Assembly: GCA_046754465.1 (NCBI GenBank)
Contig: JBHHVU010000057.1
Span: forward strand, 1-19,839
Direction of reading: 5' to 3'
Length of the DNA stretch: 19,839 nt
From: Nitrospinaceae bacterium
GTDB taxonomy: Bacteria; Nitrospinota; Nitrospinia; Nitrospinales; VA-1
The notes under the pieces: generated by a model
Database searches by the model: none
Seen by the model: the letters and a program-made list of their open reading frames with translations, nothing else
What the model was told of the DNA's origin: nothing
Position numbers and translations under genes: made by a program
Part shown: positions 1 through 10,589 of the stretch, in pieces
Numbering within the stretch: position 1 is the stretch's first letter
Layout of the letters: every line of letters starts with the position of its first letter

Positions 1-1218
1 AACCCGGACGCACTGCTTTTGCTCGGAGGTCAGGGAGGTTTCCTCGAGCAGGTCGGTCATGCCGATGATGGCATTCATGGGGGTGCGGATCTCATGGCTC
101 ATGCTGGCCAGGAATTCGCTTTTGCGTTTGTTGGCCTTGTCCGCCTCTTCCCTGGCCCGGACGATGACCGCTTCCGATTCCTTTCTCTCGGTGATGTCCC
201 GGATGATGCCGGTGAATTTTTTCCTTCCATCCACGCACATCTCGCTGAGGGCGAGTTCCATGGGGAAGATGGAACCATCGCTGCGCAACCCTTCCAATTC
301 CACGGTCTGGCCGATGACGGAAGAGACGCCGGTTTCGAGATAGCGCCGCCGCGCCCAGTCATATTTCTCCCGGTAAGCCGGCGTCATGAGCAACCGGATA
401 TTGTGGCCCGTGGCCTCGCCGCAACGGCGGCGGAAAAGAACCTCGGCCGTGGAGTTAAATGACTCGATTACACCCTCTCCGTCAATGGTGATGATCCCGG
501 CCATGACATTATCAACCACCGCCCGGATGAGGTTTTCGCTCGACTCCCGTTCCCTTTCGGCCCGTTTGCGTTCGGCGATCTCCTCCCTCAATTTCAAGGC
601 CTGGTCCTCCAGATCCTGCGTGCGCTCGCGCACCATCTCTTCCAGGTTATCCTTTTGCCGGGAAACGGTCTTGTACAGAGAGGAGCTTTCCAGGGCATTG
701 GCGGTGTATTGCATGAGGATGGATAACAGGTAGTTGGACCCTTCATTGAAATTGGGGTCCTTTTCGGACACCACGCCCAGGAACATGCCCTGGACTTCCG
801 ATTTGGTGGCCAGAACATGGAATACCAGGGATTCGCCGGTTTCCCGGGATTGTATGATGACGGGCCGGTTTTGATTCATGGCCCAGGAGACCGTTCCTTT
901 TTCAATATGGGTATCGAACATCCTTTTGACACGCGCCTTTTCCGCCGCCGGTTCCACATCATGGAGAACCAGGTCGAGGTCCTCCTCATCCACCAGGTAA
1001 AACGCCGTCGCCCGGAAATGGATCAAGCATTTTAAATAATGACGCGTGAGTTGGAAAATTTTCGCGGGTTCCCTGTCTACGTTGGCCTTGTGTTGAAATT
1101 CTCCCAGGGAAGCCAGCCAGTCCAGGCCGAACAGATACCAGTGGACTCTTTTCTCCAAGTATTCGATGCGCCGGCGCATCCTGCTCGTTCCCTTATTTTC
1201 CGGTAACAGTTCGGGCAC
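1..1218 (-). CDS. PAS-domain sensor histidine kinase (probably hybrid type), 5' part; runs off the left edge
   Basis: Not in the ORF track; hand-translated open frame from GTG 1218 (AAGGA SD upstream; alternative ATG 1179) to base 1. It contains a PAS domain ([22 protein letters not shown]...[14 protein letters not shown]...[12 protein letters not shown]) and a HisKA H-box ([26 protein letters not shown]). Confidence 0.9.
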   Translation of the reverse strand, partial: MPELLPENKGTSRMRRRIEYLEKRVHWYLFGLDWLASLGEFQHKANVDREPAKIFQLTRHYLKCLIHFRATAFYLVDEEDLDLVLHDVEPAAEKARVKRMFDTHIEKGTVSWAMNQNRPVIIQSRETGESLVFHVLATKSEVQGMFLGVVSEKDPNFNEGSNYLLSILMQYTANALESSSLYKTVSRQKDNLEEMVRERTQDLEDQALKLREEIAERKRAERERESSENLIRAVVDNVMAGIITIDGEGVIESFNSTAEVLFRRRCGEATGHNIRLLMTPAYREKYDWARRRYLETGVSSVIGQTVELEGLRSDGSIFPMELALSEMCVDGRKKFTGIIRDITERKESEAVIVRAREEADKANKRKSEFLASMSHEIRTPMNAIIGMTDLLEETSLTSEQKQCVRV

Positions 1219-1221
1219 GGG

Positions 1222-2073
1222 TTATCCTTCCTTGAGAAACATCTGGATGGCATCGGGGAATTGATGATCCATTTGATTGATGATGGAAGACAGCAATCCT
1301 TCCGGCAGGCCGATCCGTTTCCAGGCCTTAAGGTCCAGTTCGGGCACGAGCAAATCTCCGCTGGAGCCCAGCTTCAAGGCATGCGCGATGACATCCGCCA
1401 CATGCAGAATGGACGTCTCCAATTGATAGTGACGGGCCCCGGAGGGATGATGGTGATGGCACACCGCCTCCTGCATGCGTTCGGGCAGCCGCCATTTCCT
1501 CAACAACAATGCGCCCGTCTCGGCATGACCGCATCCGATCGCCGCGCCTTCCATCCGGTACAATAGTTCCCCCCGGGCTTGACAGTGCTCCAGGGCCCGG
1601 GATACCTGATCCGGCAGATTCATAAAAAAAATGAGACGGCCGAGATCGTGAACCATTCCCAAAACGTAATACCGCTCCACGTTGGGTTCGTGGCAATAGG
1701 TCGCGATAATTCTTGCCCCCAATCCACAGGCAATGCTGTGCCGCCAAAAAGCATTCATATCGATTCCATTTTGGGGCATCCCCCGAAACTGGCAGATCAC
1801 CGTCGTGGCCAGGACCAGGTCGCGCAGTGGGGCCATGCCGATGACCGTGATGGCATGGGTGATCGTTTCGATGGGTGAGGGAAAACCAAAAAAGGAACTG
1901 TTGGCCAATCGCAGCAGACGGGCGGAAAGGACCGCGTCCCCGCCAATCAACCTCGCGATTTCCAGGAAGGAGCATTCGGGGTCCTCGATGGCCTCGTTGA
2001 TCTGATTAAACACCGTGGGCAGGGATGAGATTTTGACCGCCTTTTTCAAAAGGCTTTCCGCGTCGGTTTTCAT
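1222..2073 (-). CDS. HDOD domain-containing protein
   Basis: 283 aa with HDOD motifs: SLPTV, DAVLSARLLRLANS, FWRHSIACG, GMVHDLG, GHAETGALLLRKWRLP, HHHP. Confidence 0.9.
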   Translation of the reverse strand: MKTDAESLLKKAVKISSLPTVFNQINEAIEDPECSFLEIARLIGGDAVLSARLLRLANSSFFGFPSPIETITHAITVIGMAPLRDLVLATTVICQFRGMPQNGIDMNAFWRHSIACGLGARIIATYCHEPNVERYYVLGMVHDLGRLIFFMNLPDQVSRALEHCQARGELLYRMEGAAIGCGHAETGALLLRKWRLPERMQEAVCHHHHPSGARHYQLETSILHVADVIAHALKLGSSGDLLVPELDLKAWKRIGLPEGLLSSIINQMDHQFPDAIQMFLKEG

Positions 2074-2423
2074 TGCGTTTCCCCCTCTCCCTTCCCGCCC
2101 CGATGGGTCAGTTCCCGTTTGACGCAGAGATCGAAAAGTTCTTTCAGGACGGGGTGCTCCACCGGATTATGACGAAATAACTTTTGCATCTCCAATTGAA
2201 TTTCTTCTAATTGACGGGAGGAAATTCCGTCCGGCAGCGAAAGATTCTTCTTGGGCTGGTGATTTTCCAGGTAGACCTCGGTGACTCCCCAGACTTTAAA
2301 AATTTTCAAATGTTTTTTCTGAATCGCCTTTCCGGCGTCCAGGATAATCCGCCCGCGATGATCCTTGACATCCCGGGCCACCACCTCTCCCGGACCCAGA
2401 TTTTCTAATTTGACTTTGACCAC
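2070..2423 (-). CDS. Small hypothetical protein resembling the N-terminal module of HD-GYP proteins
   Basis: VKLENLGPGEVVARDVKDHRGRIILDAG...HLKIFKVWGV pattern; stop overlaps the HDOD start by 4 bp. Start is uncertain (GTG 2423 or ATG 2501); the track's 2585 start would lie upstream of the predicted transcription start. Confidence 0.65.
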   Translation of the reverse strand: MVKVKLENLGPGEVVARDVKDHRGRIILDAGKAIQKKHLKIFKVWGVTEVYLENHQPKKNLSLPDGISSRQLEEIQLEMQKLFRHNPVEHPVLKELFDLCVKRELTHRGGKGEGETQ

Positions 2424-2590
2424 AATGCACCAGGATATAGTTTTGAGATCGGGATGGGCCGCCGCGAAAGTGGAATCAATTGCGGCGTCCCTTTTCTCCA
2501 TGGCGGATCCCCCCGCTTCCCTCGGCCGGTTCCCGGCCCGGAATTCAATACGCCAATGGAACGTGCGGGGATTTGGTTTTAACAAGTAAG

Positions 2591-2606
2591 AGCAAAATGT
2601 TTGCCA
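2591..2606 (-). promoter_or_regulatory. Candidate sigma-54 (-24/-12) promoter
   Basis: Minus strand TGGCAAACATTTTGCT = GG-N10-GC, close to consensus TGGCAC-N5-TTGCW, in the intergenic region upstream of the small protein-HDOD-kinase operon. Confidence 0.55.
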
Positions 2607-2779
2607 AACGCGCGGGAAAATTCATTTTTTTAGAGGCCCAAAAGTAAAAGGGTTCCACACATGGGCGGGAAGCCGCCGGGCGGATGGGATGAAATTTCAC
2701 ACAATCCGGGTTCAAGGAAGGATGGATAAGGTAACAATTATTTTGAGGAAGGGAAAGGAGAGGCCTGAAAAATGTTCCG

Positions 2780-3481
2780 TCAGCGATTCAGTAGAGAAAT
2801 CAATTCGGCCAGGCTGGAAAGAACCAGGTCGGCTCCCGCAAAATCGATATTCCGGTTGAGCCGGTTTCTTATGATGATGCAGGGCATACCGGCTTTCGCC
2901 GCAGCGGCCAGGCCTTTCAAGGCGTCTTCCACCACCAAGCAGCGATCGGGACTACACTCAAGGGCCTCCGCAGCCATGAGAAAAATATCGGGATGGGGTT
3001 TTTCGCGGGGGGCGGATTCCTTTCCCAGGATCACGGGAAAAAGATGCCGGACATTGGCATGGTCCAGGATGGCATGAATGTCATGGCTCCAGGACCCAGA
3101 AGCGATGGCTATTTTATGGCTGCCCGCAAAAATTCTTGCCAGACGCACCGTCTCCGGAAACAAGGGGATATCGCCGTTCCGGCAGAACCGGGAATAAACC
3201 TCGAATTTCTGGCGGCGCAGTTCCTCGGGTTTCACATCCAGTTCCAGATGGTGCCTTTCGATCTCGCCGGCGATGCCTTTCCCCCGGGAAGTCCATTCCA
3301 CCCAGTATTCATCCGGGTCCAGAGAATGACCGTACCGTTCAAAAACCTCATTGTAGGCCCGGTAGTGGAAGGGTTCGGAATCGGCCAGCAGTCCGTCAAA
3401 ATCCAAAATAATACCGCGGCACCGGTCCTTAAGCGCCCGCAACTTTTTGGCAGTGGCGAGGGGAGGAAGGGATGGGGACAT
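2780..3481 (-). CDS. HAD-superfamily (subfamily IA) phosphatase, beta-phosphoglucomutase-like
   Basis: Motifs LDFDGLLADSE, ASGS, KPHPDIF, VEDALKG. Start moved to ATG 3481 (MSPSLP) to avoid a long overlap with lepB. Confidence 0.85.
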   Translation of the reverse strand: MSPSLPPLATAKKLRALKDRCRGIILDFDGLLADSEPFHYRAYNEVFERYGHSLDPDEYWVEWTSRGKGIAGEIERHHLELDVKPEELRRQKFEVYSRFCRNGDIPLFPETVRLARIFAGSHKIAIASGSWSHDIHAILDHANVRHLFPVILGKESAPREKPHPDIFLMAAEALECSPDRCLVVEDALKGLAAAAKAGMPCIIIRNRLNRNIDFAGADLVLSSLAELISLLNR

Positions 3482-3507
3482 GAGGGACAATCGCGGCTGA
3501 ATGAGGG

Positions 3508-4185
3508 TTATTCCAGAATTTTCCCGATCCGGTCGAAACGGACCCAGTTGACCTCGGCATTCCAAGACCAGTAAATCATGAGCGCCCGGCCCTTGACCTT
3601 GGTCATGTCCAGAAAGCCCCAATAGCGGCTGTCCTGGCTGTTTTCCCGGTTGTCCCCCATGACGAACAGATAACCCTCGGGGACCACCACCGGTCCGAAA
3701 TCATCCCGGGGCACGAACGGGTCGGCCCGGGCCGCAACCCGGTGGAACGCATGCGGATCTTCATATAATTTATTGTTGATATATACCCGCTGGCTCCGGA
3801 CCTGAAGCAGGTCGCCCGGCAACCCGATCACCCGTTTGATAAAGTCCCGGGTTTCATCCTTGGGGAATTTGAAGACCACGATGTCGCCCCGCTTGGGGTT
3901 CTTGGAAAAAAGGATGATATCGGGAAAAAGCTTGACGTTGATGATCGGAATCTCGTTGGGGATATGAATACCGTATGCAAACTTGGAGACCAGGATATGG
4001 TCGCCTATCTGAAGGGTGGGTTTCATGGACCCGGAGGGGATCTTGAAGGCCTGCAAAACGAAGGTGCGGATGAACAGGGCGAGCAGAAGCGCGATAACGA
4101 TCGCCTCAACGTATTCCCTGAATACGGTCTTGGTTTTTTTCTGAACACCCGGCTCCGAAACCGGACTGAGTCCCTTATTTGTCAT
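3508..4185 (-). CDS. lepB: Signal peptidase I
   Basis: TM anchor then [10 protein letters not shown] (catalytic Ser), DFIKRVIG (catalytic Lys), [11 protein letters not shown]; directly follows lepA. Confidence 0.97.
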   Translation of the reverse strand: MTNKGLSPVSEPGVQKKTKTVFREYVEAIVIALLLALFIRTFVLQAFKIPSGSMKPTLQIGDHILVSKFAYGIHIPNEIPIINVKLFPDIILFSKNPKRGDIVVFKFPKDETRDFIKRVIGLPGDLLQVRSQRVYINNKLYEDPHAFHRVAARADPFVPRDDFGPVVVPEGYLFVMGDNRENSQDSRYWGFLDMTKVKGRALMIYWSWNAEVNWVRFDRIGKILE

Positions 4186-5983
4186 CGGTCCTTAAAACGG
4201 CGAGAAAGGCTTCCTGTGGAACTTCAACGCGTCCTACCAGTTTCATTTTCTTCTTTCCGGCCTTCTGTTTTTCAAGCAATTTCCGTTTCCGGGTGATGTC
4301 CCCGCCGTAACATTTTGCCAAAACATTTTTCCGGAGCGCTTTGATGGTTTCGCGGGCGATCACCTTGCTGCCCACCGCCGCCTGAATGACCACTTCGTAC
4401 ATCTGGCGGGGAATTTGTTCCTTGAGTTTTTTCACCAGTTCGCGTCCTTGGTGATTGACCTTATCCTTATGCACGATCATGGATAACGCGTCCACCAGGT
4501 CCCCGTTCAGGAGAATGTCCAACTTTACCAGATTCGAAGCTCTGAAATCTATAAATTCATAATCGAAGGAGGCAAACCCCTTGGTCGTGGATTTCAATCG
4601 GTCATAAAAATCCAGCACGATTTCATTGAACGGCAATTCGTAATGGAAGAGCACTGTTTTGGGATTCAGGTACTCCATGTTCACCTGAATGCCCCGGCGG
4701 TCGCGGGTCAACGCCATGATGACGCCGATATACTCTTCCGGGGTGATCAGGGTTCCCATGACATAAGGTTCCTCCAGATGATCGACGTTTTTCAGGTCCT
4801 TGAGCTTGGAGGGGTTGTCGATGGGGAAGGTCCGGCCGCCGGTGGTGACCACCTGGTATACCACGGTGGGCGCCGTGGTGAGAAGATCGACGTGGTATTC
4901 CCTTTCCAAGCGTTCCCGGACGATCTCCATATGCAGCAGGCCCAGGAAACCGCAGCGGAACCCGAAACCCAGCGCCGTGGAGGTTTCCGCCTCATAGGTG
5001 ACGGACGCATCATTCAGGGTCAATTTTTTCAGAGCATCCCGCAACAATTCGTACTGGTCGCCGCTGATGGGGTACAACCCGCTGAATACCATGGGCTTGA
5101 CTTCCTTGTAGCCCGGCAGGGGTTTTTGTGTGGGTTTCGCCACATGGGTGACCGTATCGCCGATCTTGGTTTGATCCAATTGTTTGATGTTGGAAATCAT
5201 GTAACCGACCTCGCCCGCGCTCAGCACTTGCTTCGCCCCGGGAGCGGGGTTGAAGGCACCCAACTCTTCCACTTCAAAACGCCCCTTCGTGGCCATCATT
5301 AGAATCTGGTCTCCCACCCGGAGAATCCCTTCCTTCACCCGGACCAAAACCACCACCCCCCGGTAGGTGTCGTACCAGGCATCGAACAGAAGGGCCTTGA
5401 GTGGTTTGCCGAGGTCTCCCGAAGGGGGGGGGATGCGTTCGACGGCCGCCTCCATCACCTCGTCAATGCCGACCCCTTCCTTGGCGCTGATCAGGATCGC
5501 TTCGTCCGCTTCAATCTGCAACACATCCTCCAGTTGTTCCTTGACACTCTCCGGGTCGGCGCTGGGGAGATCGATTTTATTGATGACCGGAAGGATTTTA
5601 AGATTGTGCTGCATGGCGAGGTTCAGGTTGGCGATGGTCTGGGCCTGGATACCCTGGGTGGCGTCCACCACCAGCAACACCCCTTCGCAGGCGGCGAGAC
5701 TCCGCGACACCTCGTACGTAAAATCCACATGGCCCGGAGTGTCGATCATGTTGAAGATGTACTCCCGGCCCGCCCTGCTCTTGTACCGCAGGCAAACGGT
5801 TTGCGCTTTGATGGTGATTCCCCGTTCGCGTTCCAGGTCCATGCTGTCCAGCACCTGATCCTTCATTTCCCTTTGCTGCAGGGCCCCCGTGGCAAGGATC
5901 AGTTTATCGGCCAGGGTGGATTTGCCATGGTCGATATGGGCAATGATGGAAAAGTTGCGTATCTGGTTTTGATTCATGCTCAA
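4175..5983 (-). CDS. lepA: Translation elongation factor 4 (LepA)
   Basis: [68 protein letters not shown] 8 nt before TTG 5983. Confidence 0.99.
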   Translation of the reverse strand: MSMNQNQIRNFSIIAHIDHGKSTLADKLILATGALQQREMKDQVLDSMDLERERGITIKAQTVCLRYKSRAGREYIFNMIDTPGHVDFTYEVSRSLAACEGVLLVVDATQGIQAQTIANLNLAMQHNLKILPVINKIDLPSADPESVKEQLEDVLQIEADEAILISAKEGVGIDEVMEAAVERIPPPSGDLGKPLKALLFDAWYDTYRGVVVLVRVKEGILRVGDQILMMATKGRFEVEELGAFNPAPGAKQVLSAGEVGYMISNIKQLDQTKIGDTVTHVAKPTQKPLPGYKEVKPMVFSGLYPISGDQYELLRDALKKLTLNDASVTYEAETSTALGFGFRCGFLGLLHMEIVRERLEREYHVDLLTTAPTVVYQVVTTGGRTFPIDNPSKLKDLKNVDHLEEPYVMGTLITPEEYIGVIMALTRDRRGIQVNMEYLNPKTVLFHYELPFNEIVLDFYDRLKSTTKGFASFDYEFIDFRASNLVKLDILLNGDLVDALSMIVHKDKVNHQGRELVKKLKEQIPRQMYEVVIQAAVGSKVIARETIKALRKNVLAKCYGGDITRKRKLLEKQKAGKKKMKLVGRVEVPQEAFLAVLRTDDK

Positions 5984-6189
5984 CCGATTGACTCCTTCGA
6001 GGAAAAAACGGGACCCCGCGTTCCGGGGGGGGGACCCTCAAACATCTTGGCTTTTCGGGGGATGACAGATTACCCGGCGCGATGTCCTATAAGGAAAAAC
6101 CCCATCGCTACCCGCACGCCGGGAGGACAAACGCATCATCGCGGTGGGAACGGTAGGCGGCCGCCGGCCGAATCCCATCCAATTCGGTT

Positions 6190-7173
6190 TTACCGTGATA
6201 AGGAAAGGAGGGTTTTATCCGGACGGCTCAAAAATTCCCGCCATTCATTGAATCGGCTTTTTATGGCCTCGTAATCCCGGTCATTGTCAATGTCCAGCGC
6301 GGCCCCGGGAAATGGAACCTCCAGTCCCATGAACCGCGTCTTTAATATCCTTGAAATACACCGCTCCAAATCCTTTTTGGGCGTGAGGGAGCGGAAAAGA
6401 TTCACTGCCGACTCCAGTCCCAGCCCGGCAAAGAAAAGGCACGCCTGCAACCCGATGTAGTATTGATAATGCTTGGCCTTGTCCTTACCGAGCAGGGACA
6501 GGCCGAACAGCACCAGGTTCTTGAAGTTTCTCTGGTACCGGTATTGATACATCTTCTGAATGTATTCCCGGTTCTCGATGCGAAGCGGTTTGACCAGGTG
6601 GAGATTATTGATCCGATAACTGTTTTCCTTCAAATGCAAATAGGCCATCTTGATACCGGGCTGATGTTTGCTGGGATAAAAATATTCGAGATATTCATGC
6701 GCCGTCAATCCCAGAATATGATCGTAATGATCCACATCGCAGTGAGTGATGAAATAGTGCACCTCGTGGGGGGTGAGCAGGGGAGAGTCGCATGGAACGA
6801 TCAACACCGCTTTATCCCGATATTCCGAATTTTCCAGATCGGCCACGTCCTGGTAATTCGGGATGGTCTGGAGAAACGTGTGCCAGATATTCTCGTATAA
6901 ATTTTCCTTTTGCGCGACGATATGGATGGGTTTGGGATACTTGAAATCGATTTTACTTTCCTCCAGGGTTTCCTTCAGTTTGTCCCGCAAACCCACGATG
7001 TAAATTTTCTGGACGGAGTCGGCCTGTTGAAGGGCCTCCACCACGTAATTGATGAAACACTTGCCATTTATTTTTAAAAACGCCTTGTGCTGATGATAGA
7101 CCTTGTAACTCGACTCCCCCTCGCCGGCGACAAGGATCGCGTCATATTTTTTTCTCGGCAACATCAAATTCAT
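6190..7173 (-). CDS. Nucleotidyltransferase family protein (MobA-like NTP transferase)
   Basis: DAILVAGEG...KAFLKINGK, PCDSPLL, ALDIDND; SD AAGGGAG upstream of ATG 7173. Substrate unknown. Confidence 0.75.
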   Translation of the reverse strand: MNLMLPRKKYDAILVAGEGESSYKVYHQHKAFLKINGKCFINYVVEALQQADSVQKIYIVGLRDKLKETLEESKIDFKYPKPIHIVAQKENLYENIWHTFLQTIPNYQDVADLENSEYRDKAVLIVPCDSPLLTPHEVHYFITHCDVDHYDHILGLTAHEYLEYFYPSKHQPGIKMAYLHLKENSYRINNLHLVKPLRIENREYIQKMYQYRYQRNFKNLVLFGLSLLGKDKAKHYQYYIGLQACLFFAGLGLESAVNLFRSLTPKKDLERCISRILKTRFMGLEVPFPGAALDIDNDRDYEAIKSRFNEWREFLSRPDKTLLSLSR

Positions 7174-7263
7174 AATGGTTTTCTCCCTTGCACTCCACAA
7201 GGAAATTGGTTATACCCAGTTCCTGAACCCGCTTCCACGTCCAAGATACCAGATTCGTCAATC

Positions 7264-8382
7264 ATGACTCAAGAACCTTCCACATCCCTGAAAACCACGC
7301 CGCTCTTTGAGGCCCACAAGGAATTGGGGGCAAAAATCGTCCCCTTCGCCGGCTGGAACATGCCCTTGTATTATACCGGTGTCATTCAAGAGCATTTATG
7401 TGTTCGTTCCGGCGTGGGAATTTTCGATATCAGCCATATGGGGGAAATTGAAATCCGGGGAAAAGATGCCAAAGCACTGCTTCAGAATCTGCTCACCAAC
7501 GACATTGATAAAATGACGGATCAATCCATCCTCTATACCGTTATGTGCCATGAGGATGGAGGTGTGGTGGATGACTTACTGGTTCACAGGTTTTCCGAAG
7601 ACCATTTCTTTCTCTGCGTCAATGCCGCCAATACAGAAAAAGATTTTCAATGGATCCGGGAAAATGCCCAAGCCTGCCAGGTCGAGGTGCAAAACATCAG
7701 CTTCACAACAGCCCAAATGGCCGTCCAGGGAAAATATGCGGAGAAACTGCTGCAATCTCTTTGCGATATCCCGTTAGACGAAGTTAAATATTACCACTTT
7801 AAAAAAGGAAAAATCCACAACAATGATTGTATAATCTCGCGGACTGGATATACCGGGGAGGACGGATTTGAAATTTACATCGATTCGGGCCGCGCGGAAC
7901 CCGTTTTCCGAAAGATTCTGGACGCGGGAAATCCCTTCCAAATTCAGCCCATCGGCCTGGGCGCGCGGGATACTCTAAGGCTGGAAATGGGGTATGCCCT
8001 GTACGGAAACGATCTCACCCCCCAAACCTCTCCCCTGGAAGCGGGGTTGGGCTGGGTGGTCAAACTGGGAAAAGAAAAATTCATCGGGAAAGAAGCTCTG
8101 GAAAAGCAGAAAGAGGCGGGGTTGCCCCGTAAATTGGTGGGGATAAAACTCCTGGACCGGGGAGTCCCCAGGCCGCATTATCACCTGTTTGCGGAAGACC
8201 GTGCCGTGGGGGAGCTGACCAGCGGCACCTTCTCCCCCACCTTGAACCGGGGCATCGGGTTGGGTTATGTCTCGCCGGATTATTCCAGGCCGGGCACCCC
8301 CCTGCAGGTCGAAATCAGGAAACAAAGGGTCCCCGCGGAAGTCGTCAAGCCCCCCTTTTTTCCCGGCCATGTAAAAAAATAA
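7264..8382 (+). CDS. gcvT: Glycine cleavage system T protein (aminomethyltransferase)
   Basis: LKTTPLFEAH, FAGWNMPLYY, FDISHMGE, SRTGYTGEDGFE, GLGARDTLRLEMG; start taken at ATG 7264. Confidence 0.97.
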   Translation: MTQEPSTSLKTTPLFEAHKELGAKIVPFAGWNMPLYYTGVIQEHLCVRSGVGIFDISHMGEIEIRGKDAKALLQNLLTNDIDKMTDQSILYTVMCHEDGGVVDDLLVHRFSEDHFFLCVNAANTEKDFQWIRENAQACQVEVQNISFTTAQMAVQGKYAEKLLQSLCDIPLDEVKYYHFKKGKIHNNDCIISRTGYTGEDGFEIYIDSGRAEPVFRKILDAGNPFQIQPIGLGARDTLRLEMGYALYGNDLTPQTSPLEAGLGWVVKLGKEKFIGKEALEKQKEAGLPRKLVGIKLLDRGVPRPHYHLFAEDRAVGELTSGTFSPTLNRGIGLGYVSPDYSRPGTPLQVEIRKQRVPAEVVKPPFFPGHVKK

Positions 8383-8523
8383 TGCGCGGAAAAATTCCCG
8401 AATGGATTTTTAGAGCCATGGGAAACGTCCCCGCCCATGAGGCGGGCTGGAGCCACTCCGGTACGGCGGTCAAAAAAATCTTGCGTTCGCAACCTGTCAA
8501 CCAGATATTTTCAAGGAGGAACC

Positions 8524-8910
8524 ATGGAGATCCCCAAAGATCTTCGCTATACCGTGGAACATGAATGGATTCGAGTGAACGGCCACAACGGCGTCATCGG
8601 CATCACGGAATTCGCCCAGGACCAGCTTGGCGACGTGGTGTTCGTCGAAATGCCCCAAGTGGGCTCCCAGGTGACCCGCGGCCACACCTTTGGCGTGGTG
8701 GAGTCGGTCAAAACCGTTTCCGACCTGTACGCCCCCGTGAGTGGCACCGTGGTCGCCGTCAACAAGGAACTGGAAACCCAACCGGAATCGATCAACAGCG
8801 AACCCTACGGAAAAGGATGGATCATGGAAGTGGAACTTTCGGATCCCGCGGAACTGGAGCAGCTCCTCACTCCCGAAAAATATGCCGAGCAATGTGAAAA
8901 AGAACAATAG
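8524..8910 (+). CDS. gcvH: Glycine cleavage system H protein
   Basis: [26 protein letters not shown], lipoyl-lysine motif [26 protein letters not shown] before ATG 8524. Confidence 0.97.
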   Translation: MEIPKDLRYTVEHEWIRVNGHNGVIGITEFAQDQLGDVVFVEMPQVGSQVTRGHTFGVVESVKTVSDLYAPVSGTVVAVNKELETQPESINSEPYGKGWIMEVELSDPAELEQLLTPEKYAEQCEKEQ

Positions 8911-8940
8911 GCCCGGCTGCGTTGAAAGGCTTTTGGCTGC

Positions 8941-10287
8941 ATGCGCTATATCCCCCATACCGAAAAAGATATCCAGGAAATGCTCGCCAGCATTGGCGTG
9001 AACCGTATCGAGGATTTGTTTGCCTGTATTCCCGAAAAATTGCGGCTGGGAGACACGTTCCTGAACCTTCCCGAAAGCCTCTCGGAAACGGAACTCACCG
9101 CCGTCCTGCACCGCATCCAGAAACGGAACCCGGATCCCGATGAAGTGTCCCTGTTTCTTGGTGCCGGGGCCTACCACCATTTCAGCCCCGTCCTGGTCGA
9201 CCACCTCACCTCGCGGGGAGAGTTTTCCACTAGCTATACCCCTTACCAGCCCGAGGTCAGCCAGGGAACCCTGCAGGCCATTTTCGAATTCCAGACCATG
9301 ATCTGCATGCTCACCGGCATGGAAGCCGCCAACGCCTCCATGTACGACGGAGCCTCCGCCCTCGCCGAATCGATCCTCATGGCCCACCGCATCAACAAAA
9401 AAACGGAGATTTTGATGGCCCGGGCCGTCCATCCCGAATACCGCCGGGTGGCGGCCACCTATACCCGGGGAAACGAAATCCGCCTGATCGAAGTTCCCTT
9501 CAACGCCGACGGAAAAACCGACATCGATTTCATCCGCAACCGGGTCAACGGGGAGACCTCCGCGGTGGTGCTGCAGACCCCCAATTTTTTCGGCGCCGTC
9601 GAAGAATACGCCGGGTTGGGCGAGCAGCTTGCCGGGCGCGGCATCCTTTTGATTGTGGTGGTGGCCGAAGCTTTGTCGCTGGGCATCCTCACCCCTCCGG
9701 GCGCACGGGGAGCGGACATCGTGGTGGGCGAGGGTCAGTCCCTGGGGCTGCCCCTTTCCTTTGGCGGACCCTACGTCGGATTCTTCGCGGTCCGGGACCA
9801 GTTCCTCCGCCAGACCCCGGGCAGGCTCGTCGGTCAAACGGTGGACCGGGAAGGCCGCCGCGCCTATGTGCTCACCCTGTCCACCCGGGAACAGCATATC
9901 CGCCGCGAACGCGCCACCTCCAATATTTGCACCAACCAGGGGTTATGCGCCCTCGCCGCCGCCGTTTACCTCGCCACCCTGGGGAAGCAGGGGATCCGGG
10001 AAATCGCGATCCTGAATGTCCGGAAAGCCGATGCCCTGAAAAACCGCCTGGGGAAGATCAGCGGATTCCAGGTCCGCTTCGCGGCAGACACCTTCAACGA
10101 ATTCGTGCTGGAATGCCCGAGGCCCGCGCGGGAAGTTCGGGAGATCCTGTTGCAGGAAAAAATCATCGCCGGCCTGCCCCTGGGCAGCTATTATCCGGAC
10201 CTCGAAAATTGTCTGCTGCTCTGCGCCACCGAGATGAACACCCAGGAAGAAATGGACCGCCTCGCCGGGAAACTGGAAGAGATTTGA
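8941..10287 (+). CDS. gcvPA: Glycine dehydrogenase (decarboxylating) subunit 1
   Basis: MRYIPHT, YTPYQPEVSQGTLQAIFEFQ, NASMYDGASA, TREQHIRRERATSNICTNQ; 448 aa is the split-P alpha subunit size. Confidence 0.97.
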   Translation: MRYIPHTEKDIQEMLASIGVNRIEDLFACIPEKLRLGDTFLNLPESLSETELTAVLHRIQKRNPDPDEVSLFLGAGAYHHFSPVLVDHLTSRGEFSTSYTPYQPEVSQGTLQAIFEFQTMICMLTGMEAANASMYDGASALAESILMAHRINKKTEILMARAVHPEYRRVAATYTRGNEIRLIEVPFNADGKTDIDFIRNRVNGETSAVVLQTPNFFGAVEEYAGLGEQLAGRGILLIVVVAEALSLGILTPPGARGADIVVGEGQSLGLPLSFGGPYVGFFAVRDQFLRQTPGRLVGQTVDREGRRAYVLTLSTREQHIRRERATSNICTNQGLCALAAAVYLATLGKQGIREIAILNVRKADALKNRLGKISGFQVRFAADTFNEFVLECPRPAREVREILLQEKIIAGLPLGSYYPDLENCLLLCATEMNTQEEMDRLAGKLEEI

Positions 10288-10318
10288 TCCTTGGAGGGAA
10301 CCGGGATGGCCCAAATGG

Positions 10319-10589
10319 GGAAATCCCCCTCACCCCCTTTAAAAAGGGGAAATAATAGGCTCCCCCTTCCCTCAGACTGCGTCACAATGGTTGCAGAGAA
10401 AATTAATTAGCCTAAAGGGGCTTTTATTTCCAAAATAACGGTCTTTTTTTCAGTTAAAAGCAATCAATATAGCCTATTATGACATTAAAAAATTTTACGC
10501 TTGCATTGTGACCCAGCCTGCCTGAAGGGGGCCGGGGGGATTTTTGACAGGATCGACAGGATGCACAGGATAGCCCGATCATGCTATTT
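10319..10589. repeat. Palindromic REP-like 120-bp repeat, copy A (interrupted by a MITE at 10373-10520)
   Basis: GGAAATCCCCCTCACCCCCTTTAAAAAGGGG...CCCCCTTC-CCT-GAAGGGGG...GGGGGATTT followed by ACAGGAT x3 at 9-bp period. With insertions removed it matches copy B at 118/120 by manual alignment. May also serve as the gcvPA terminator. Confidence 0.92.
10373..10520. mobile_element. 148-bp MITE (non-autonomous IS derivative)
   Basis: 17-bp terminal inverted repeats CAGACTGCGTCACAATG / CATTGTGACCCAGCCTG (2 mismatches); 3-bp target duplication CCT (10370-10372, 10521-10523); empty site visible in repeat copy B (TTCCCTGAAGG); AT-rich interior with no transposase. Confidence 0.9.

Noticed and set aside
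19..462. 147-aa plus-strand ORF (and other plus ORFs within 1-1200)
   Set aside because: Antisense to the histidine kinase frame, which carries clear PAS and H-box motifs.
7174..7263. Glycine riboswitch upstream of gcvT (also checked 8383-8523)
   Set aside because: Only 90 bp between divergent genes, and no GGAGA/CCGAAG/CTCTCAGG aptamer core seen in either interval.
8497..9897. 466-aa minus-strand ORF
   Set aside because: Antisense shadow of gcvH and gcvPA.
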